Below are positions 36,498-46,800 of a stretch of DNA of 64,000 nt, one piece after another. The notes under the pieces were generated by a model, which was not told the origin of the DNA, did not search any database, and saw only the letters and a program-made list of their open reading frames with translations. This DNA comes from Macrostomum lignano. Taxonomy: Eukaryota. Position 1 is the first letter of the stretch. Every line of letters starts with the position of its first letter. The DNA is taken from NCBI GenBank assembly GCA_002269645.1, contig NIVC01000669.1:74207-138206 (forward strand). Direction: 5' to 3'. The translations under genes and the position numbers were made by a program.

Positions 36498-38299
36498 ATG
36501 GCAGTGCATTTAGCACTTCGGGTTGCCATGCTATTCCTATTTGGCGTTGGCGTCAGCCTGCTTATCAACCTGATGCAGGCGCAAAAAAATCAGGTGTTAA
36601 TCACATCGGAAATGTGGCTTGGTATGGTCAAGTCCGGCATGTGGGTGCCACCTGCCTGCGGCCTTTCTGCAGGTAGGAATCCACTCGTCATTGTTTATAG
36701 TGACCTATCACAATTGGAGCAACAGATCCCGCCCCTCCTTTAAGATTCTTAAAGATTCTAAACTAGCCGTCTACCAACATTCTTAGGCTGTGCCACCAAC
36801 TTTAGAAAGATTTGGCTTTATCAAACCTCCCAGATCGCCAGGTTATGCTTTCAACACTCCCAGATCCCCAGGTTATGCTGTCATCACTCCCAGATCGCCA
36901 GGTTATGCTTTCAACACTCCCAGATCCCCAGGTTATGCTGTCATCACTCCCAGATCCCCAGGTTATGCTGCCATCACTCCCAGATCCCCAGGTTATGCTG
37001 TCATCACTCCCAGATCCCCAGGTTATGCTGCCATCACTCCCAGATCCCCAGGTTATGCTGCCATCACTCCCAGATCCCCAGGTTATGTTGTCATCACTCC
37101 CAGATCCCCAGGTTATGCTTCTATCACTCCCAGATCCCCAGGTTATGCTGTTATCACCTCCAGATCCCCAGGTTATGCTGTTATCACTCCCAGATCCCCA
37201 GGTTATGCTGTCATCACTCCCAGATCCCCAGGTTATGCTGCCATCACTCCCAGATCCCCAGGTTATGTTGTCATCACTCCCAGATCCCCAGGTTATGCTT
37301 CTATCACTCCCAGATCCCCAGGTTATGCTGTTATCACTCCCAGATCCCCAGGTTATGCTGTTATCACTCCCAGATCCCCAGGTTATGCTGCCATCACTCC
37401 CAGATCCCCAGGTTATGCTGTCATCACTCCCAGATCCCCAGGTTATGTTGTCATCACTCCCAGATCTCCAGGTTATGCTGCCATCACTCCCAGATCCCCA
37501 GGTTATGTTGTCATCACTCCCAGATCCCCAGGTTATGTTGTCATCACTCCCAGATCCCCAGGTTATGCTGTCATCACTCCCAGATCCCCAGGTTATGCTG
37601 TCATCACTCCCAGATCTCCAAGGTTATGCTGTCATCAGTCCCAGATCCCCAGGTTATGTTGTCATCACTCCCAGATCCCCAGGTTATGTTGTCATCACTC
37701 CCAGATCCCCAGGTTATGTTGTCATCACTCCCAGATCCCCAGGTTATGCTGTCATCACTCCCAGATCCCCAGGTTATGCCCTGAAACCTGCCTTATCCTC
37801 GAGCTCAGTATTCCTTATAGGTAAACTCAGCCGCATTCCCTCAATACCCGCCCCAGTGGCAATCGGCCTGCTGTACCCCACCGTGGACCGGCTGCTCGGC
37901 GATCCGACAGTGGCTCAGCGCACCGACTGGAGCTCCGTCATCCGCTGCGCGGCCCTGTTTGTTGGTCTGAACCAGGCGGCCGCCAAGATCGACTTCATGT
38001 CGCACGCTCAGCTCAGCCTGTGTCTGGCCGCTATGAGTCTGGGCCTCTGGTTCTACTTTGACGGCTCCAGATCCGGCCTAGGCCTGGCCCTGGTCATCGC
38101 TCTGCTAGCCGCGGCTGTCAATCAGATGATGATTTGTCTGGATGCCTACCGGCCTAGTGTAGATTTTGTCCGAGTCCGGGCCTGGCTGCCCTGCATCTTC
38201 TTTAGCGGCTCGGTCACCGTCGGACTGGCTGGACGGCTGCTGGCCGCTCAAGCTAACTCGGCAACATCATCTTCGGCTGCCAAGTCGCACGGGGACTAA
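36498..38299 (+). CDS. INSIG: Insulin-induced gene protein (INSIG), 205 aa; exons 36498-36672 and 37857-38299
   Basis: WVPPACG-LSA-VAIGLLYP, WSSVIRCAALFVGLNQAAAKIDF, SLGLWFYFDGSRSGLG and RAWLPCIFFSGSVTVG all match INSIG family motifs. Phase-1 GT-AG intron. Confidence 0.93.
36822..37782. repeat. 30-bp minisatellite, ~32 copies (INSIG intron)
   Basis: Unit CCCAGATCCCCAGGTTATGCTGTCATCACT. Confidence 0.97.
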
Positions 38300-38510
38300 G
38301 AAGTGGGGACAGCTTCTTAGAATTGTCCTGTGCCTCTTGCCCGAGTTTGCATTTCTTGAATGTGGTTTCTCTAAGATGTGATTTGCTGGGTAAAACAGTT
38401 TTTCTACACTAGCTGTATTGCACATGCCAGCTTCAGGCTGGAACATCCGTGCATTCGGCGAGGGGGAGCTAAGAGGGCCAATTGATTTTTGTCATAAAAT
38501 ACAACAAATG

Positions 38511-38730
38511 TCTCGATTAATTGGTTGGTTACACGAGAATTCTGATTGGTTGGTTTCACGACGATTCTGATTGGTTGGTTTCACGACGATTCTGATTGGT
38601 TGGTTTGACGAAAATTCTGATTGGTTGGTTTCACGACGATTCTGATTGGTTGGTTTCACGACGATTCTGATTGGTTGGTTTCACGAAAATTCTGATTGGT
38701 TGGTTTCACGACGATTCTGATTGGTTTGTT
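38511..38730. repeat. 25-bp minisatellite, ~8 copies
   Basis: Unit TTCTGATTGGTTGGTTTCACGACGA. Confidence 0.92.
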
Positions 38731-39672
38731 TACTGGCCGTGTTTTGGTGGTACAGTTTCTAATTGTTAGGGTGCACGTCTTACCCACGCAAGTGTTCGAT
38801 GCAATGTATTAGTATTCTGCAATTTGTGTACTTCATTGTACATTTTTTACGTAAGGAGGTAAAATCTAGAAAGTTCTATCTGAGTAGAACCGGTGTTTTT
38901 TGTTAGACTTGCGCATCTAAAACAATTATTTTTTATCAATAATCACCTTCGTACGTACTTTGCCTTGCTTGTTAAATAAAAATTTTCTATTGTTAGTAAA
39001 AAGTTGATATTTTGTGCTGCTGCGCCCGCCGCTGGCGTTATGCTAATTACTGTGAGATATTTACAGCAATTTTCGATTTAGCTGTTTCTCTTGTGCTAGC
39101 CATTGTTCTTTTATCGAACCAAAAACTGATAGAATTCTTGAGTAAATTTAATTATACGCTGTATTTATAGTCTTTGCATTGGTTCCATAATTATTCATAT
39201 CGTGTTGAGCATAGCGTGTGAAAGTTTTGTTGTCATATAGTTGATTAAACCAACAATTATATAAAGCTTATTCTGTTCTGTATAAAAAGTTTTTTGTTTT
39301 CATTTTAGTTTAATAATTTCAATAGTTTCCGAGAATAAAAATTAGGAGCAGTAGTATGTGAAGACTTAGTAGCTTATTATAAGAAAAATTTTTAAAGCGC
39401 AACAAAAATTCTGTTGAAATGGAGGTCTTAATATACTACTGCTGGCTTGTAAGTAGCTTAGTAGCTTCTACTCATGTAGCCATGACCTTGTGGCGTCTCC
39501 AAAAGCATGACTGAGCACACGTGCTGAAGTTATCGGAGACATGTTATTGCCCTGTCAATGACCAAATAAAATCAATCTTAAACTACGGTAGATATTTTGT
39601 TGCTGAGTTTAGCATGCTAAGATTTCTTCTAAGCTATTAAAAATAAGTGCCCAATTCTTTGCGCTAATTCAG

Positions 39673-40110
39673 GCCAAGGACAACTGCGGCAAGGATGCTG
39701 CTGCTGCTGCTGCGGCGGCTGCCGAATCAGACGACGAATGCTCAGAGCCGGAGGCCCAGCTGGAGGCCGACGGAGAAGCGGTGGCAGCAGCCAAGCAGTC
39801 GAAACTGGAGGCCCGCGGCGCTCGCGAGCTCGGCAAAGTGACTGACTACGTTGAAGAGGCCGAGTTGGCTGGCGGTCGCTCGGCTGGCGGCGAAATCGGC
39901 GAAGCGATGCGGGCCGTGTCGGCCAGGCAGGCGCTGGACCAGGCGGAGAAGCAGCGGCGGGAGCGCGAGCTGAGCAAAGTGAAGGTCGCCAAGGAGCACG
40001 CGGACCTGCTAGCCAGGGAGTTCGAGATCAGCCAGTCGGCTGCCGAGCGCTGCCTGCGGGAAAACGGCGCTGATCTGGACGCTGCTTTGCGCGCACTGCT
40101 GACCGCTTAG
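39673..40110 (+). CDS. HYPK: Huntingtin-interacting protein K (HYPK), coding exon lacking its own start codon
   Basis: RELGKVTDYVEEAE, RERELSKVKVAKEHADLLAREFEISQSAAERCLRENG..AALRALL match HYPK. The frame is open from the acceptor ttctttgcgctaattcag|GCC at 39673 to TAG at 40110. Confidence 0.9.
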   Translation, partial: AKDNCGKDAAAAAAAAAESDDECSEPEAQLEADGEAVAAAKQSKLEARGARELGKVTDYVEEAELAGGRSAGGEIGEAMRAVSARQALDQAEKQRRERELSKVKVAKEHADLLAREFEISQSAAERCLRENGADLDAALRALLTA

Positions 40111-40189
40111 GCCTAATGCTTAATATTTGAAGGCTGATTTTTGCTTCGATATGCATTTATGAGATTATTTCAAGCTAATAAGCGCGTGT

Positions 40190-40395
40190 TCTGATCCGCA
40201 ACATACTACTGAAGGCTAGCCAGTTAGTCGTGCGATTCACAGCCATGAGTGCCGACTCCCCCCCCCCTAGGCACATAGAGTGTACATGCCTGACAATAAT
40301 TAGAAAGTCAGGGCCGCTGTACACGCTCCTGTATGCGCTCGGGAGTCGGCGGAATGGACAGAATTGCCTCACCGTTGGCTGTGGGACCAATGCAA
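40190..40395 (+). mobile_element. Diverged SINE family A relic
   Basis: GTGTACATGCCTGACAATAATTAGAAAGTCAGGGCCGCTGTACAC and GGGAGTCGGCGGAATGG match the family A body. Boundaries approximate. Confidence 0.65.
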
Positions 40396-40790
40396 GTTGA
40401 AGCGAAATTCGGCATTCAAATAAATACTCGTAATTTTAGTGTTACTAGCGGCTCTTGAGCAATCTGTTTTCCGCTGTTTCTGTTCGACTGTTGGGTTGGT
40501 TGCGCTAAGCATATGCTAATGTTTTTTGAGGTTGGAATCCGTGCACAGCTAGCTGCTGGAGAGACAGCTAACAAACAGATTCTGCAAAATCACTGTCTGT
40601 GTCCATCTTCACCAAGTTACTGTTGCTGTCCTTAGACGGCTTTGTTGGAAATTTTTTATCATAAAAATATACTCATCTTAATTTGCACTGTGTTAGCTGA
40701 GTTGCTTTTGAGTCTGGGCTGCTTCAGACCCGCACAATTTTAGCTGTTTTTTTATTTTTCTTTGTGTCAGCTAGTGTCTGTACATGCTGT

Positions 40791-41545
40791 GATGTCAGTA
40801 TAGTGTCTGTACATGCTGTGGTGTCAGTATAGTGTCTGTACATGCTGTGATGTCAGTATAGTGTCTGTACATGCTGTGGTGTCAGTATAGTGTCTGTACA
40901 TGCTGTGATGTCAGTATAGTGTCTGTACATGCTGTGATGTCAGTATAGTGTCTGTACATGCTGTGATGTCAGTATAGTGTCTGTACATGCTGTGGTGTCA
41001 GTATAGTGTCTGTACATGCTGTGATGTCAGTATAGTGTCTGTACATGCTGTGATGTCAGTATAGTGTCTGTACATGCTGTGATGTCAGTATAGTGTCTGT
41101 ACATGCTGTGATGTCAGTATAGTGTCTGTACATGCTGTGATGTCAGTATAGTGTCTGTACATGCTGTGATGTCAGTATAGTGTCTGTACATGCTGTGATG
41201 TCAGTATAGTGTCTGTACATGCTGTGATGTCAGTATAGTGTCTGTACATGCTGTGATGTCAGTATAGTGTCTGTACATGCTGTGATGTCAGTATAGTGTC
41301 TGTGCATGCTGTGATGTCAGTATAGTGTCTGTACATGCTGTGATGTCAGTATAGTGTCTGTACATGCTGTGATGTCAGTATCGTGTCTGTACATGCTGTG
41401 ATGTCAGTATCGTGTCTGTACATGCTGTGATGTCAGTATAGTGTCTGTACATGCTGTGGTGTCAGTATAGTGTCTGTACATGCTGTGATGTCAGTATAGT
41501 GTCTGTACATGCTGTGATGTCAGTATAGTGTCTGTACATGCTGCT
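40791..41545. repeat. 29-bp minisatellite, ~26 copies
   Basis: Unit TAGTGTCTGTACATGCTGTGATGTCAGTA. Confidence 0.97.
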
Positions 41546-42874
41546 GTGACGCTAGTGTCCTGTAAGTGACGTAGGCAGATGCCAGCCTAAAAGCAATAAG
41601 AAATCGATGCCTCACACAGAAATTGATTTGTCTTAGAGTAAAGTAACCCGTGGCAGAGCCAAATAGCTTGCAGGTACCTTTTGAATTAATATGTATTTAA
41701 AACGGTGGACAAAGACTCAACACGCGAGTTAGAATATGAGGATTAAGTATGAATGAATGCGTGGGTATTACAGTTACATTCAATAAATTATAGATTGAGT
41801 AAATCTTGAGTAAATAAATACTCTGGAAAGGTGGAGCAGCCGTCTAGTTTTTGGTTTTTTAACACTGCAAAGAAACACGACTGTCTTTATCGAGAAATAT
41901 TGCCACATTTTGCACAGAGAAGCTCACAGTTGCTAATTAAGCAAACTACGTTAAAATAAAAGTAAAAGCAACAAAATTGAGTTTTTGATATCTATAAATT
42001 AGGAATACAGCAACATCTGATAAAAAAATATACTTTACAGTAGTTGAAACCCGTTGGCCTGAAAGAAGCGTCACGTCAGTTTTGCCAAAAAGCAAACTTG
42101 ACGAGGTAGCCGTTTTTTGAGGTAATTAAGTGCAGTTAAACAAAATTATTAAGCCACAAAAAGCCCTGATGATAGAGGTAGTATAGCCAATGAGGTTGGT
42201 TTCACGCAGTCAAACAAAAACTAATAAATTGAAAGAATACACGATCTCACGTTATGGATAGAGGTAGTAGCGAGCTTATTTTTACGAGTAGATATAAAGA
42301 GCTTAAGGAGTCGGACTATCAATAAAAAACAATTAATACCACTTGCGCATTCAAGGAGACAGCAACCGAAAAAATAAAAACAAGGACTAAGCCTTTTGTA
42401 CTTTATTCGCCAAGCTTGAACTATTATCATAATATTTGGTTGGGGATAGTACAGCAAACACGGAATCTAATAGCTACTATAATGGTATACTGTGCATCAA
42501 GTCAACGAAAAAAACACAAACCGCAGTGGCATCATGAGCCGCAGTTGAATGCAATTTTTCACAACAATAACAAAAATATTTACCTGTACAAAAACACAGT
42601 GAAACAGCTCCTGTTGACCTGATAGAATTTAAGGCTGCTTCAATGTCTTTTTAGCAATTGGTTCGTCAAAGGTCTTTGGAAAATATAAGACTGTCATGGC
42701 TCGAGATTATAGGATTATATGCTGTGCTAATCTTATTCAGTGTTTAAAGTCATCAGATTTTTGTTTTTGCATAAATAACGTCTCCATTTTTATGATTTGC
42801 CCAATAAATTCCTGACAGGGAATTGCAGACAGCTCGTAGATATTTTCTATCCTGTCTCAAGGCATCCGAGATTG

Positions 42875-43120
42875 AAGATTACTGAGATATTGAAGATTGG
42901 AGATTGCTGAGACAATGGAGATTGGAGATTGCTGAGACAATGGAGATTACTAAGATATTAGAAAATTGGAGATTACTGAGATATTGGAGATTGGAGATTA
43001 CTGAGACAATGGAGATTGGAGATTGCTGAGACAAATGGAGATTGGAGATTACTGAGACAATGGAGATTGGAGATTTCTGAGACAATGTAGATTGAAGATT
43101 GCTGAGACAATGGAGATTGG
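42875..43120. repeat. Degenerate ~19-25-bp tandem repeat
   Basis: GAGATTGCTGAGACAATGGAGATTG variants. Confidence 0.85.
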
Positions 43121-43889
43121 ATTTTTTAGACTGCCCTAAATGGTATTGATAAGTGTCTCTAGTTCAATTTATTTTACTATAGTTTAAGCTTAAATCTTTT
43201 CTTTCCAAAGACATGTTCAACATTCAAAATACAGAGATATAGCTCCTATAAGTACTTTTGCTCTTAAAAGCTTGGGAGGGCCGAAATTCAATCATTCAAT
43301 CATTGGCACGCATAGCCAAGCTTTTCAAAGAAAGAGATAAAAAAACAGGCAGGCAAAACAGTCGAAGCCTTGAAAACGGACAGGCGCAAAATGACGCACC
43401 GCGAAAAAATGATGCAGCGCTTCCATAGAGGCGAGCGGGAGCAGCACGGGATGGGGGCGGTGATAGCTGCGATAATACGAGTATTTTTGGACCAAAGCGA
43501 GCCAAGAGAGAGAAAAAAATATTCTGGTTGCTTCGACTTGACTTGAAAACTGCAGTAAGCGGAAGAGACCAAAGCGACCAATCTTAGGTACGGTTGAAAA
43601 TGGACAAAAAAGCTACCAAAATAACAAAAATGCGCAGCTGGGCTGCCCGCGCTCGGCTGCTATAATTGAGGCAGGCAAAATTGCTTAGCAAATATTTTGG
43701 GTCAAGTTGACAACAGCTATTAAACACCGCCCAGACAAGCCTGCTTACCGAATCTCTTAGGCAGGTTGCCTCTTCAGCAATTATCTGTTGCTAAGCCGGA
43801 CTGCCTGCCTACAAACATCGCCTTTAAGATTTTTTCTGGCAATCATTGACCCGAACCCATTTGGGCGGACTGTTCCGTCATCTGCCAAG

Positions 43890-46800
43890 TCACCGCGACT
43901 CACTGGATGCACCGCCGCCGCCACCGCCCTGCCGTCTCGGACAGTCGGCTACGAGGTGATCGCCGCCGCGACAATGATAGCAAGACTTCGGCATAGGCCC
44001 GGCGGGACACTCGGCGGCCACGTGATCTGCGAACTGGCCGCAGTTGTAGCACCTGGAGTGAGCAGAAGTGGGGAATCTCTGTTGCCTGCTTTGTCATCTC
44101 AGTGTCCTCAGTTCTGGCTTTGTTTCAATCAGCCTCTCCACTCTCGCTAATCTCTCTCTCCACTGTCGCTAATCTCTCCCTCCACTGTCGCTAATCTCTC
44201 CCTCCACTGTCGCTAATCTCTCCCTCCACTGTCGCTAATCTCTCTCTCCACTGTCGCTAATCTTTCTCTCCACTGTCGCTAATCTTTCTCTCCACTGTCG
44301 CTAATCTCTCCCTCCACTGTCGCTAATCTCTCTCTCCACTGTCGCTAATCTCTCCCTCCACTGTCGCTAATCTCTCCCTCCACTGTCGCTAATCTCTCCC
44401 TCCACTGTCGCTAATCTCTCCCTCCACTGTCGCTAATCTCTCTCTCCACTGTCGCTAATCTTTCTCTCCACTGTCGCTAATCTCTCCCTCCACTGTCGCT
44501 AATCTCTCCCTCCACTGTCGCTAATCTCTCTCTCCACTATCGCTAATCTTTCTCTCCACTGTCGCTAATCTCTCCCTCCACTGTCGCTAATCTCTCCCTC
44601 CACTGTCGCTAATCTCTCTCTCCACTCTCGCTAATCTCTCTCTCCTCACCATGGAGATTATCTCAACTCGCCCCTACTAGTCCCTTCACTCGCCTGACTC
44701 TTCGCTTCTTCTTCCCGACCGGTCTGCGGTGGCTGCCGATGCAGTCTGCGCCGCCCGGCCCGCACACCAGCGTCGCCTCCTCGCCGCGGGCCGCCGGTTG
44801 CGCTTCGAATTCGACGCACTCGTTGTCGCCCAGGCTGCGGAAGCCCTGCATCTGGATGGCGGACTGCGGCGGGGGTGGGGAAAGAGGCACTCTACACCCT
44901 CTTTGTAATATAATCGATGTAGCAATCGATAAATTTTCACTTCTGCACCCTCCGATCCTGCAAAGACCGCCACACCCTCCAATCCTGCAGAGACCGCCAA
45001 CACCCTCCAATCCTGCAGAGACCGCCAACACCCTCCAATCCTGCAGAGACCGCCACACCCTCCGATCCTGCAGAGACCGCCACACCCTCCGATCCTGCAG
45101 AGACCGCCACACCCTCCGATCCTGCAGAGACCGCCAACACCCTCCAATCCTATAATTAGAGACCGCCAACACCCTCCAATCCTATAATTAGAGACCGCCA
45201 ACACCCTCCAATCCTATAATTAGAGACCGCCAACACCCTCCAATCCTATAATTAGAGACCGCCAACACCCTCCAATCCTATAATTAGAGACCGCCAACAC
45301 CCTCCAATCCTATAATTAGAGACCGCCAACACCCTCCAATCCTATAATTAGAGACCGCCTGTTCATCTCAGCAGCTTTTCACACCTGGTGAACGAAGACA
45401 TCTGCACCGCCGTCGTCAGGAGTCAGGAAGCCGAAGCCCTTGGCCACGTTGAACCATTTCACCCGGCCGGTCCTGCGCTGGCCCGCGCCGGCCCCACCGC
45501 CACCTCCGACGGCGCCTTCTTCAGCCGGAGCTGCTTGAGCAGCGGCTGCTGCCTGGCGGGCCGCTGAATCTGTCAAAATTTATGCAGAGCACGAATTAAA
45601 TAGATACGGTTTGCTCATGTTGTCCAGTAAAGAGTTGCAGAGGCCAAAATATAGAGTTGATAGAGTTGAGAATATTTATCATAGGTTTATGTTCTCGAGA
45701 TAAGAGAGTGGGAAAGAAGGTGAGAAAGCGAGTGGAATGCAGAGTGGGACAGAGGTTTAAGACAAAAAGGGAGTTAGAAGGTCAGGCGAAGGAACTTATT
45801 AACAAAACCTATGTTGCAGCGCGCCAGCCTAGAATTCCTCAGAAGAAGTCAGAAGAAGAATCAGTCCGGGAGATCACAGGGTGTTCAACTCTCGCCGCAT
45901 CCAGGCTACGGCTCCACCCCTTATAGGTGTAACTTTTTTCCTTAAATTGTGTTAACATTTAATAAATTTGTACCAGTCAGCGTAGCCGTCTGCTCAACCG
46001 CAACCGCAGCAGAACTGGCTCATGACTCCCTAGAAAGATTTGGAAGAGTTGTTGCTGATTTCAAAGGACTTGGGAGAGTTGTTGATGATTTCAAAGGACT
46101 TCGAAGAGTTGTTGATGATTTCTGAAAGACCTGTAAGAGTTGTTGATGATTTCTGAAAGACCTGTAAGAGTTGTGGATGATTTCTGAAAGACCTGTAAGA
46201 GTTGTGGATGATTTCTGAAAGACCTGTAAGAGTTGTTGATGATTTCTGAAAGACCTGGAAGAGTTGTGGATGATTTCAAAGAACTTGGAAGAGTTGTTGA
46301 TTATTTCAAAGGACTTGGAAGAGTTGTTGATGATTCTGAAAGACTTTTCTTATTAGAGGCAGGGAGGTTGTGTGCACCCTGGCGCACTTTAAGCGACATC
46401 AACACACAACCGGCGAGAGGCATTACTGCCCATTCCGCCGACTCCTCTGAGCAGGCATACAAGCGCGCGGATACGTACGCAGGCACACACTCACACAGGA
46501 GTGTACAGCGGCCCTAACTTTATTTTATCGTCAGGCATGTACACTTCAATGCGCCTTGGGGGTTGGCTCTCAAGGCCGTTAATTGCACGAGCAGAGCCAA
46601 GCCGAGATTCCAATTCAGCCCCAAATTAATGTGACTGCACTTGGAATCGAGCCTGGGTCGCTGGCATACCAGAGCCTGCGCTAGACCGCTGGGCTACGGC
46701 CCCCCTTCTGAAAGACTTAGAAGATTTGTTGATGATTCTGAAGGACTTGGAAGAGTTGTTGATGATTCTGAAAGACTTGGAAGAGTTGTTGATGATTCTG

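Noticed and set aside
36790-37824. TPRSPGYAVI repeat ORF resembling an RNA polymerase II CTD or phospho-repeat protein
   Set aside because: It is the 30-bp minisatellite inside the INSIG intron.
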